Below are positions 6,835 through 15,185 of a stretch of DNA of 23,287 bases, in pieces. The DNA is from an uncultured virus (IMG/VR IMGVR_UViG_3300038415_000320) (lineage: Duplodnaviria; Heunggongvirae; Uroviricota; Caudoviricetes). The position numbers and the translations under genes are program-made. Position 1 is the first letter of the stretch. Each line of letters opens with the position of its first letter. Below the pieces are notes generated by a model. That model did no database searches. It saw nothing but the letters and a program-made list of their open reading frames with translations, and was not told the DNA's origin. The stretch is from IMG/VR virus record IMGVR_UViG_3300038415_000320; one strand, written 5' to 3'.

Positions 6835-8985
6835 CTAGACTGCCGATGCCAGCATAGCCTTCGTTACTGTATCAAAATTCCTAGTGATCTCATCTTCAAA
6901 ATCGAACCCCTTCGGATAAATGTCACCTGACATCAGCTCCGTAATACTCCATGGCCTCGTCTCGCCATCTGGATAGTGAAACCGCTTAGCCAACATCTCA
7001 AATGTTAATGCCTTGATAACTAACATTTCAAATGGAGCAGTCGCATACTGACCATTCACCATTGTTCGATAAAGCTCTCGCATTCGAGTCATTCGTTGCA
7101 CACCAATACGATCGCCAGCTATAATCCGATCAAGCTTGTCAAAAGCCTGTTGTCCAGACCCCAACGAAAAACCTTTAGCCTTGTTCAATTGCTTAGGCTT
7201 CCAGGAGCCATCACGCATAAGCTCAAACCCCTCTCCTCGATAGATCTTCGGAGCTACAAACTGTGCCCACTCCATCCTCTTCTCTAGCTTTAAGGCGCCT
7301 AGCGTCTTATCATCAATGGGCAAACTAGCCTTGGTAGCGATCGAATCCGTATCTGTATAGTAAGGCTCAAATCCTTGTGTGTAGCACTCCTTCATATAAT
7401 CATACAAGGTACGCCTTGCGATTGATGTTATAACGGCCGCGATTGGCACATGCCGATGACTAATCTGAGCCTCTTTCTCACACAGCCAAACACCTGGCTG
7501 CATCATCTGCATGGTTGCTCGATCTATTTCCTTTGGATTGATCAGCATCTCCTGCTTCTGCGTGCCCTCAGCCGTTTTCCCATATAACGAGTTGAGCAAA
7601 TACTTGAGAATGAGCCTGCGAAAATCACTCGTAGCGTCCGAACGTAGTTGGTAGATCTGCTTAGCATAATCACCGAAGTCGTAGAACGCCTCGAACATAT
7701 AGACTTCATGAACCTTATGTAAGATCGCTCCCTCTCGTAATGCCAAACGTATGTCCGTCGACGTGAACCAGCTTCTCCACCGGCCAACTGGAAAAAACAC
7801 CCGGTTTTCCAGTCGGAATGGCAAAGGCGGAAGTCGCATATCAGGAATCTCAATCGTCACGTTAGCAAGGTAGATACACTCGTCCCGATCATCATCTGGC
7901 AATGTCGTGCGAAACTCCGTCATATTACCCGGCAGAGGAAACGTCATCGCATACGGAAACGAGGAGTTAATGTCGTACATCAAAAAGTCGCTGGCGTTGC
8001 GCGACAAGACCTCCACCCGACTAGCAAAGTAGGACTCCTGACAGATCTGATTCAACCGCTCAGAGGTAAAAATGTCCCTCTTCAAAAACGTTCTTCGAAA
8101 CAACGTCATCGCCGTTGAAGCAATCGTCTGCTGCAACTGCCCTCCCAAGCCCACAATCTCCTCTTCGAACTGGGCTATAGCCTTCCACAAGATCTCACAA
8201 TCAGTTCGATTGTAATCAACCAAGATGGCATGTGGAATCTCGGTATAAAATATCGTTTTCTCTGCCTGAGTCAGCTCGTCAAAGTCCGTGATCGATCGCT
8301 TGAACCTCTCTGTCATCCACGCCTTCGCCTCAGCCGAATCGCCCTTCCTTATGCCAATCGCTTTGCCAATATTCGCAAGCTTATCTCGTAAGAGCCAGTA
8401 TGAATCACAAAAGTGCCAAGCATTCTTGCCCTTAATGACATGCACAATAATGGCCGACGATCCGGAGAACGATGCCTTAATCTTCCATGTGCCATTGTCA
8501 GTCTCAACCGTCTTCTTCGAACCGTCTACTGAATATACGGTCTTACTACGCTCCGGCTTAACCGTCGATGTAGCCTGGGTCTTGATCTCATCTAGCAAAT
8601 CATCAAGCACAAATTGCATATCCGCTAGCCCACCAGCATGAGCAAAAAACCAATTCCCCCTATGCTCGCGCACCAACAGGAAATTGATCAGCTCCTTAAT
8701 ACTAGTGAAATGCTGATACCGCTCCGTAATCTCTATCTCCGAGTCAGAATCCTCAGAGTCCATGTCAGCGGCTATCTGATCGTAGTAACCCGCCATTCGC
8801 AACTGTAAAGCCGTCGTCATTCGCTTGGCAACTGGCAATGGCACTCGTAACGGTGTATGTATGCCCTCGACCTCAACTACTGTATTCACCAACGCTGGCA
8901 ACACCTCGCCCGGCACCCACTCCAGATCGAAAACTCCAAACCTCCTCAGCTTGCGATCGGTCTTTATGGGATTAAAAACAGGCAT
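6835..8985 (-). CDS. polB: Family B DNA polymerase, protein-primed type (DNA_pol_B_2/phi29-like architecture)
   Basis: ExoI FDLEW, ExoII AHAGGLAD, DSY, ExoIII YNRTD; motif A YDINSSFPYAM, motif B KYLLNSLYGK, motif C YTDTDS, PKIY and KAKG. A TPR1-like insert lies between A and B and a TPR2-like insert between B and C. Confidence 0.92.
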   Translation of the reverse strand: MPVFNPIKTDRKLRRFGVFDLEWVPGEVLPALVNTVVEVEGIHTPLRVPLPVAKRMTTALQLRMAGYYDQIAADMDSEDSDSEIEITERYQHFTSIKELINFLLVREHRGNWFFAHAGGLADMQFVLDDLLDEIKTQATSTVKPERSKTVYSVDGSKKTVETDNGTWKIKASFSGSSAIIVHVIKGKNAWHFCDSYWLLRDKLANIGKAIGIRKGDSAEAKAWMTERFKRSITDFDELTQAEKTIFYTEIPHAILVDYNRTDCEILWKAIAQFEEEIVGLGGQLQQTIASTAMTLFRRTFLKRDIFTSERLNQICQESYFASRVEVLSRNASDFLMYDINSSFPYAMTFPLPGNMTEFRTTLPDDDRDECIYLANVTIEIPDMRLPPLPFRLENRVFFPVGRWRSWFTSTDIRLALREGAILHKVHEVYMFEAFYDFGDYAKQIYQLRSDATSDFRRLILKYLLNSLYGKTAEGTQKQEMLINPKEIDRATMQMMQPGVWLCEKEAQISHRHVPIAAVITSIARRTLYDYMKECYTQGFEPYYTDTDSIATKASLPIDDKTLGALKLEKRMEWAQFVAPKIYRGEGFELMRDGSWKPKQLNKAKGFSLGSGQQAFDKLDRIIAGDRIGVQRMTRMRELYRTMVNGQYATAPFEMLVIKALTFEMLAKRFHYPDGETRPWSITELMSGDIYPKGFDFEDEITRNFDTVTKAMLASAV

Positions 8986-9048
8986 AGCAATCTTGTGAAA
9001 AATCCTCTACCTAATAGACACTTCTAAAACAACCGTTAGCTTCTAAAA

Positions 9049-9393
9049 TCAAGCTAACCGATCAATATCGTCAGCTAGTTTTCCCAACTGAAAAGCTACC
9101 TGTCCATCCCAAGACTCAGGTCGACAATTCACAGCTGACGCCCTCAGCCTCACCATCGTTGATGCTCCATGGAGAGTCTCGACTCGCAGCTTGTGGATCA
9201 ATGAATCTGTGGCTGTCCGATCAGGCCTGTAAAGACGACGAAAGAAATTCAACGCCGCCTGCCTGTATCGATACCGTTCTTCATGAGAAAGCCAAGGAGT
9301 CGAAATGTCGACTCCTTGAAGATCTCGACGTAATTCTAAAGCCATCTTCTCGGTTGCACAATGCTCGGCCCGCACCGATTGTTCAGGCGTCAT
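9049..9393 (-). CDS. Hypothetical helical protein
   Basis: GGGAGAG RBS before ATG 9393; overlaps the upstream gene end. Confidence 0.65.
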   Translation of the reverse strand: MTPEQSVRAEHCATEKMALELRRDLQGVDISTPWLSHEERYRYRQAALNFFRRLYRPDRTATDSLIHKLRVETLHGASTMVRLRASAVNCRPESWDGQVAFQLGKLADDIDRLA

Positions 9394-9718
9394 TCGAATC
9401 TCTCCCGTGAAAGCCAATAAACAAATCGCCAGCTGAATGGGACTTTAAGTGATCCAGCTTAAACAAATCAGTCTTCCACAAAACGCCTTGTAGGAAACCG
9501 AACCATCGCATTGCTTTCTCGCCATCTCCTCGGCTGGCAATTATCGGGATTTCATCACACATGAATTTAAAGTGGGCAATCTGAACCTCGCGAGATATCT
9601 GACTAGACCAACAATCGCTTTCGTCTGCGGAAAACTGCCGAGCTAAAATATCTGGCTCTATCTCATCCATCCACGCTCGATAACGAGCTGTCGCTGCCGT
9701 TAACTGCTCCCTAGTCAT
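9383..9718 (-). CDS. Hypothetical phage-type protein with KAMRWFGFLQGVLW motif
   Basis: In-operon ORF. I recall a KxxRWxGFxQG motif in uncharacterised phage proteins (unverified). Confidence 0.7.
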   Translation of the reverse strand: MTREQLTAATARYRAWMDEIEPDILARQFSADESDCWSSQISREVQIAHFKFMCDEIPIIASRGDGEKAMRWFGFLQGVLWKTDLFKLDHLKSHSAGDLFIGFHGRDSNDA

Positions 9719-9733
9719 GTCCAGACTCGATTC

Positions 9734-10102
9734 CTACGCCAGCTTGCCATGCATATACGGACGCGTATGATTGTACTCGGACTTGCGTTGAATAGATTTT
9801 CCCAAGTCGATACCCAACCCGACAGCACAATCCATTGCTCGGATTACAATATCGGCCAGCTCTTCCTCGACACACGTCAACTCACATCCGACCTTATCAC
9901 ATAGATCATTCAACTTACCCTTACGCCCGGCTTCCCATAATTCAGAAACCTCCCCATGCAGGTTAACACAATACTTTGCTAGCCTCCCCACATCAACATC
10001 TGTCCCCATCACACTTTCTCCCTCATGGAAACCATGGGCCGCTGCTATCTTATAAACCTCTTCAGATACTCTGTTGATAATCTGAACATCGTTGCTTGTC
10101 AT
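9734..10102 (-). CDS. MazG-like all-alpha NTP pyrophosphohydrolase
   Basis: LHGEVSELWEAGRK...VEEELADIVIRAMD...KSEYNHTRPYMHGK (ExxE...ExxD). GGAGG RBS before ATG 10102. Confidence 0.85.
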   Translation of the reverse strand: MTSNDVQIINRVSEEVYKIAAAHGFHEGESVMGTDVDVGRLAKYCVNLHGEVSELWEAGRKGKLNDLCDKVGCELTCVEEELADIVIRAMDCAVGLGIDLGKSIQRKSEYNHTRPYMHGKLA

Positions 10103-10134
10103 TTTTGAAAACCTCCAATTTGTTACTTCCATGC

Positions 10135-10353
10135 TTATCCAGTTGACGACCATTTGGTTCGATCGGTTGAAGCTAAACCTCTAAGGGCTGATTCCGCGAA
10201 GGGATAGAAATGATCGTCTTCACAAGGTTCTCCGGTTCGGTCCGGATTACAGTTTCCGCACCCTCCAATATCATGATTAAGAGCAGCTGCAATCGCCTCA
10301 ATTGCCTCTACCCCGAATCCATGATGGTTGAAATCACTGGCTTTTATAGACAT
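10135..10353 (-). CDS. Small hypothetical protein with CxxC...C, possibly metal-binding
   Basis: AGGAG upstream; co-oriented with its neighbours. Confidence 0.55.
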   Translation of the reverse strand: MSIKASDFNHHGFGVEAIEAIAAALNHDIGGCGNCNPDRTGEPCEDDHFYPFAESALRGLASTDRTKWSSTG

Positions 10354-10405
10354 TTCAAGAAATCTCCTATCGAACTAGTGGTGATTGTCAGCCAGATAAG
10401 CATGG

Positions 10406-11680
10406 TTACTTCATACCCTTTTCACCAGCATAATGACCAGGTCGCTTGCCTGCCACGTCCGGATGCCAATTCGGACCCCATGTGAATCGAATCAGAAGTG
10501 ACGTTGGAGGCAATCCTCTCTTGCTCATTAGAGACTGCACCATAGACCTCAACCCCTTCTTATCGTCAGTCAGACACATTTGAATTGGTGAAATATGGTC
10601 GGCTCTAATAGGATATGTCCCTATCTGAAACAGTCCATGATGTTGCTTATAAAGAGCCGCCAAGTCGCCAATTTCAGAATCATTTTGAGGCCCAAACCGA
10701 ACAACTAAAGTCATCCAGAAACTGCCGCCCATCGACGGGTATCTGTCAAATACCCGAAAAGTCGTGAAAGCACTGCTCAAGGTCGCAATTAGAGCTGGAA
10801 CCCCTTCTTCGTACCGCCACTCATCAGGCAAATTGTCAATACGCAATTCACCATCCACGGTACCATCCATATTAACCATGGTGTGAATTCCCATCTGAAG
10901 ACCGGGCTCCAATGCAGAAATAGCTTCCGATAACGCCACCGTCTTCGTTTGGATCTCCAAATCAGCTTCTTTCGATCTCTCATCTAAAGGAGGCTGACGT
11001 GGCGTCTTCCTTCGCTTCTTAGGAGCTTGCTTGGTAGGCTTGACAGGCTTCTTCGGAGCCGGCTTGGCAGACTTCTTCGGAGCTGGCTTGACTGGCTTCT
11101 TTGGAGCTGGCTTGACAGGCTTCTTCGGAGCTGGCTTGGCAAGCTTCTTCGGAGCTGACTTGACTGGCTTCTTTGGAGCTGACTTGACAGGCTTCTTCGG
11201 AGCTGGCTTGGCAGGCTTCTTCGGAGCAGGCTTGACAGGCTTCTTCGGTGCTGGCTTGACAGGCTTCTTCGGTGCTGGCTTGACAGGCTTCTTCGAAGCT
11301 GGCTTAGCAGGCTTCTTCGGAGCTGGCTTGGCAGGCTTCTTCGGAGCAGGCTTGGCAGACTTCTTCGGAGCTGGCTTGGCAGGCTTCTTCGGAGCTGGCT
11401 TGGCAGGCTTCTTCGGAGCTGGCTTGGCAGACTTCTTCGAAACTGACTTGGCAGACTTCTTCGGAGCTAACTTGGCAGACTTCTTCGACGCTGGCTTGGC
11501 AGGCTTCTTCGGCTCTAACTTGACAAACTTTTTCGGAAACAGCAGCCCCGATTTTTTCGATGCTGACTTATCCAGCTTCTTCGGCTTACTAATCTCCCGC
11601 CGTCTCACAATGGAAACAACAGATTTTCGCTTTTTACTAGGGGTGAATCTCCCCAGCAAATCTCTCTGTTTATCGCTCAC
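10406..11680 (-). CDS. Histone H1-like (AlgP/Hc2-type) Lys/Pro/Ala repeat protein fused to a ~190-aa unknown globular domain
   Basis: 21 octapeptide KK(P/S)(A/V)KPAP units, an N-terminal RDxxGRF motif and a non-repetitive C-terminal domain. Confidence 0.8.
   Translation of the reverse strand: MSDKQRDLLGRFTPSKKRKSVVSIVRRREISKPKKLDKSASKKSGLLFPKKFVKLEPKKPAKPASKKSAKLAPKKSAKSVSKKSAKPAPKKPAKPAPKKPAKPAPKKSAKPAPKKPAKPAPKKPAKPASKKPVKPAPKKPVKPAPKKPVKPAPKKPAKPAPKKPVKSAPKKPVKSAPKKLAKPAPKKPVKPAPKKPVKPAPKKSAKPAPKKPVKPTKQAPKKRRKTPRQPPLDERSKEADLEIQTKTVALSEAISALEPGLQMGIHTMVNMDGTVDGELRIDNLPDEWRYEEGVPALIATLSSAFTTFRVFDRYPSMGGSFWMTLVVRFGPQNDSEIGDLAALYKQHHGLFQIGTYPIRADHISPIQMCLTDDKKGLRSMVQSLMSKRGLPPTSLLIRFTWGPNWHPDVAGKRPGHYAGEKGMK
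11030..11533 (-). repeat. Coding tandem repeat, 21 x 24 bp
   Basis: Plus-strand consensus approximately CGGAGCTGGCTTGGCAGGCTTCTT; degenerate units, all in frame. Confidence 0.95.
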
Positions 11681-11707
11681 TTGTCACCAAGTCCCCAACA
11701 AATAGCA

Positions 11708-13177
11708 TCAGGACTCGTCAGCAACTTCATCATTGGCATTAGTCTCCGAAACAGACACCTTCAATATGTCCCTCGCCTGAGCCAACACCAAAACTGGTGG
11801 TTTCGACAACAATGGCTCCGCATACCCCTTCATACCGGGGGTCTTTGAAGAGTCAAAAGTTCGCTTGCGCCGCACTTTAAAACGACGAAACTTAGGAGTC
11901 ACACCCGTCTGCAAAAAATATGCTGTACCAGGAGGCAACCTTGGGATCTGATTCAAACACTCCGTCCTCTGCTGATCAGACACCCCATGCTTGAGCCATC
12001 CTTCTACCGCCAAGAGATCGCGAGGCTCTACCATGTTAAGCAACCACAGAGAATCAACCTGCGACAACACATTCTTGGCTATAACCGCCGACCTCTGCGT
12101 AATCATCGTCACCCCAATACCCTTGCTTCTCCCTCGTCGTACCAGCCGATCAATAGCGTCCAAACAACGCTTCTGATTGCGACTAGCACTGTTCAAGGTC
12201 TGCGGAGCAAACTCATCCGCCTCATCGATGATGATATGTATGGGAGACCTCTCAGCTGTAGTAAATAGCGTCTCCACAAAGTCAGCAACAAACTCATGCT
12301 GCTCTACTGGAGCCATGAGAGAAATATCTATGATCATCGGATTGGGACGTATCGCGTTCACCACCAATGCAGCCTTAGATCCATCTTTCGCTGTAATCGG
12401 CAAATCACTGTGTCGCCCACCCAACGACAAGATGTTGTATGGAGACGGCATCCCATCAGCCGTCGCCTTCAACCCAAAACCCACACCCGTTGGATCTATA
12501 AACACCATCGGTACCGGCAAACTATCCGAAGACATGAACTCTTCAGCTAATACCATCGCCAAATAGGTCTTGCCTGAATTCTTCTTCGCCAAAATAGCAG
12601 CTGTCATGCTCGCACTATTGGCCGCCGAAAGACTCAACGCCTCTGGAGGATCTGACAACACCATGCCTCCCCTAACAACCTTCTCAACCGCCTCCTCTGG
12701 ATCCACCACTTCATCCTTCAATGGATCGAAGCCCGTCTCAAAGGCCTCTTCTCCCTCTGATTCCACTTCCCCCACCGGCTCAACCGAAATCACTGTCGCA
12801 TCTAGCTTAGACAACAATTCAACAAGCTCTTGCCTCGGCTCAGAACTGTCTCGAAAACGCATTCTCACATGATTGCCCACCAAGTCAAACGCATATTTCA
12901 ATGCCAACAACCCCCGTAAGCCATCCACCCACCCACCACCTGGAAGATTTTCCTCCAACTCGTAAGCAGAATGAAAACGCCCATCTCGAAGCAGGTCGCA
13001 AAGCCGATCTCTTGCCAGCTTCGGTCCTTGGGGCTTCATCAAAACCATATGGTTGCGAGACGGATCTACAGAGTACACAGGTGTGACAGTACGCCTTATC
13101 CCCGACCTCTCTTCACCTTCAGCCTCGCCTGACACTCCTCGCGACATCTCACGCAGAGGAAATCGACCTCGCAACAT
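11708..13177 (-). CDS. HerA/FtsK-superfamily ATPase (DUF87-like) with an N-terminal winged-helix-like domain
   Basis: Walker A AKKNSGKT, FIDPTG, Walker B IIIDEADEFAPQ, arginine finger RRGRSKG and ITQRSAVIAKNVLSQ. N-terminal RLCDLLRDGRFHSAYEL resembles a wHTH and is followed by an acidic linker. Confidence 0.85.
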   Translation of the reverse strand: MLRGRFPLREMSRGVSGEAEGEERSGIRRTVTPVYSVDPSRNHMVLMKPQGPKLARDRLCDLLRDGRFHSAYELEENLPGGGWVDGLRGLLALKYAFDLVGNHVRMRFRDSSEPRQELVELLSKLDATVISVEPVGEVESEGEEAFETGFDPLKDEVVDPEEAVEKVVRGGMVLSDPPEALSLSAANSASMTAAILAKKNSGKTYLAMVLAEEFMSSDSLPVPMVFIDPTGVGFGLKATADGMPSPYNILSLGGRHSDLPITAKDGSKAALVVNAIRPNPMIIDISLMAPVEQHEFVADFVETLFTTAERSPIHIIIDEADEFAPQTLNSASRNQKRCLDAIDRLVRRGRSKGIGVTMITQRSAVIAKNVLSQVDSLWLLNMVEPRDLLAVEGWLKHGVSDQQRTECLNQIPRLPPGTAYFLQTGVTPKFRRFKVRRKRTFDSSKTPGMKGYAEPLLSKPPVLVLAQARDILKVSVSETNANDEVADES

Positions 13178-13245
13178 GGTTCATCCCTTCGTCTCAAAAA
13201 CGAATACAACAAACTCGTTTATTTTATAGCTGCCTGGTCCCTACA

Positions 13246-13842
13246 CTAACATTCATCTTCCGAGTCTATGGCCTGAACCGTCTCCGCTGTCAAACCTATG
13301 AAAACCGCTGTAGGAAAAGGTTGCCAATCATCTGTGATATTGACAATCGCGGCCGAAACATACATGGAAATCTGGGCCGTATCGCACTTAAGCCTCACTC
13401 CAAAAGCCGAAGCCGAACAAGCAGATCCGGGAATTAAACCGTCACAACTTACAAGTTGACTGTTTTTCCCCACCTTAATATCGACGATCCCAAAGTGACG
13501 ACACGACTCATCGTCAAGCACCAGTCTCTCGGGTCGAAAAATAGACTGTGGTTGTCCATAAAGACAGCACGTTCCGCGAGGGGGAACCATGGCTCTTCCA
13601 GAACACAACTGAGCAAAAACATCGGAAACGTTTTTGACAACATCGTTTGATGAGTACGAGGATGAAACCCCGCCGACCAACGACTTAAAATGCTGTAAAG
13701 CTACCTTTCCCATTTCCACCAACAACACCGACGCCTCTGCTTGATTAAGCCTAGGACCAAGAGGCAGCATCATCTCTCTGGTCTTAAACTCTGCTACAGA
13801 CTTGTCTACAACTTGAACCGAGTTTTTGTTGTCGCGTCTCAT
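13246..13842 (-). CDS. Beta-strand-rich protein, candidate single jelly-roll capsid-like protein
   Basis: AAGGAG RBS. The C-terminal ~110 aa (PQSIFRPERLVL...FGIVDIKVGKNSQL...IPG...FGVRLKCDTAQISMYVSAAIVNI...AVFIG) is a series of short amphipathic strands. The fold call is inference. Confidence 0.5.
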   Translation of the reverse strand: MRRDNKNSVQVVDKSVAEFKTREMMLPLGPRLNQAEASVLLVEMGKVALQHFKSLVGGVSSSYSSNDVVKNVSDVFAQLCSGRAMVPPRGTCCLYGQPQSIFRPERLVLDDESCRHFGIVDIKVGKNSQLVSCDGLIPGSACSASAFGVRLKCDTAQISMYVSAAIVNITDDWQPFPTAVFIGLTAETVQAIDSEDEC

Positions 13843-13894
13843 TATCAAGTCTCCTTAACAACTTGGCAAATGATATAAACTAAACGAGCATGAT

Positions 13895-14263
13895 CTATTT
13901 TGAATTTGACGACACAGTAGACACTATCGATAGTTTAGGAGGTTCATCTCCCGTTCCTGGCTGCTCTTCAACCCGAGGTTCTAACTGCAGAATCTTGTAA
14001 TTCATCTCAGAATCAATCTCAACAATTGAATGAGGACACTGTCTAGCCAATGAGGTCAAGGCGGACATGAATTCAGCCTGCCTAAGATCACCTTGCTTTT
14101 GATACGCCATCAACGCCAATTCCAGCTGGCCAGCATCAAACAGATAGTCCTCTCCATCAGCCCGACTATAATGATACAAGCCCAAATACGGACAATAGGA
14201 AATCTGAGTTGTCGCCTTCTCAGCACTCGTTGTTCCTGGTGGCAATTCTGTATCATCGACCAT
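13895..14263 (-). CDS. Hypothetical acidic protein
   Basis: GAGGAG RBS before ATG 14263 (MVDDTEL). Confidence 0.7.
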   Translation of the reverse strand: MVDDTELPPGTTSAEKATTQISYCPYLGLYHYSRADGEDYLFDAGQLELALMAYQKQGDLRQAEFMSALTSLARQCPHSIVEIDSEMNYKILQLEPRVEEQPGTGDEPPKLSIVSTVSSNSK

Positions 14264-14301
14264 GCGAATCTCCTCGAAAAACTTGCTCGTAATAGCGTAA
14301 T

Positions 14302-14352
14302 CCAACAGGAAACCCAGGAATTTGAAATGAAAGCACCTGGGTTCCCTGTCGG
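14302..14352 (-). other. Intergenic RNA stem-loop (17-bp stem)
   Basis: Minus strand CCGACAGGGAACCCAGG...CCTGGGTTTCCTGTTGG; both mismatches are G:U pairs. No U-tract follows. Confidence 0.65.
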
Positions 14353-14355
14353 TTA

Positions 14356-14595
14356 CTACTTTACTGCTGCGATCTTCAATGACTCCGAACGATTGCCCTT
14401 TTTAGTCCGATCACTCCCCATATTCATGGAAGTATCAGCCTCAAGCAATCGCATCGACAACTGACGTGTCAGTTTTGCGGTTTCATCCCGCCATTGCTGA
14501 GATTGCCGTTCGTCCTTGACGACCGCAGCTTCGAGACGAAGCAGGTAACCAGCATCGTCTCGATAGCTAACACGGATCGCAACCGGGCGTGGCAT
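14356..14595 (-). CDS. Hypothetical small helical protein
   Basis: Co-oriented ORF between the SSB candidate and the hairpin. Confidence 0.6.
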   Translation of the reverse strand: MPRPVAIRVSYRDDAGYLLRLEAAVVKDERQSQQWRDETAKLTRQLSMRLLEADTSMNMGSDRTKKGNRSESLKIAAVK

Positions 14596-14607
14596 GGCGA
14601 CGAATTA

Positions 14608-15111
14608 CTACGAAGCCGCGTCTCCTGAACCATCACCGAAGTCAGGCTCAACATCAGCCGCAGCTTCGACAGTCAGCTTCTTGAACAATTCAAAATTGTG
14701 CATGGTACGACCACCAGACAGCTTGATCTTGTCTCCAGCTACCGTGCCGAAAATCTCGTACTCGGCTCCCTTTTCAATCGCCGGAAGCAAATCTTCAAGT
14801 TCCCTGGTCTTGGGACCGTAGTTCAAGTTCACCACATCTCCCACCACAGCCGTGGCCAAAACCGCATCCTCACCCTTGCCCATACGAACTTGGCACTCAC
14901 CAGCTGTGATCTTGATCTGAAAGAACTTGGACACTTGCGTCGGATTCAACTCATCCTTGCGACTGTACATGCCCTCAAACGTTCCTTGGACAGTATTGCC
15001 CACCATCTTCATGTTGAACCATCCCGCATTGGCAACACTACCAACGTGTCGAAAGCCCTCGGGCGCCTGTACTTGACGCGGAACTGCAACAGATGAATTC
15101 TTAGATGCCAT
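14608..15111 (-). CDS. Putative single-stranded DNA-binding protein (OB-fold with acidic tail)
   Basis: First gene of the replication arm, with a strong GAGGAG RBS. W...GNTVQGTFEG...FFQIKI...YEIFG...K...G.TMHNFELF strand pattern and an acidic tail DVEPDFGDGSGD. Confidence 0.55.
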   Translation of the reverse strand: MASKNSSVAVPRQVQAPEGFRHVGSVANAGWFNMKMVGNTVQGTFEGMYSRKDELNPTQVSKFFQIKITAGECQVRMGKGEDAVLATAVVGDVVNLNYGPKTRELEDLLPAIEKGAEYEIFGTVAGDKIKLSGGRTMHNFELFKKLTVEAAADVEPDFGDGSGDAAS

Positions 15112-15185
15112 TCGATTCTCCTCTAACTGTGGGTTTTAAGGCGTGCATCGCAGCCCGCGATCACTGCCTCATTAGGACCATCGGC

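Noticed and set aside
11031..11705. Plus-strand 224-aa ORF of GLAGFFGA repeats resembling a membrane protein
   Set aside because: It is the antisense shadow of the KKPAKPAP repeat gene, lies against the operon direction and has no RBS.
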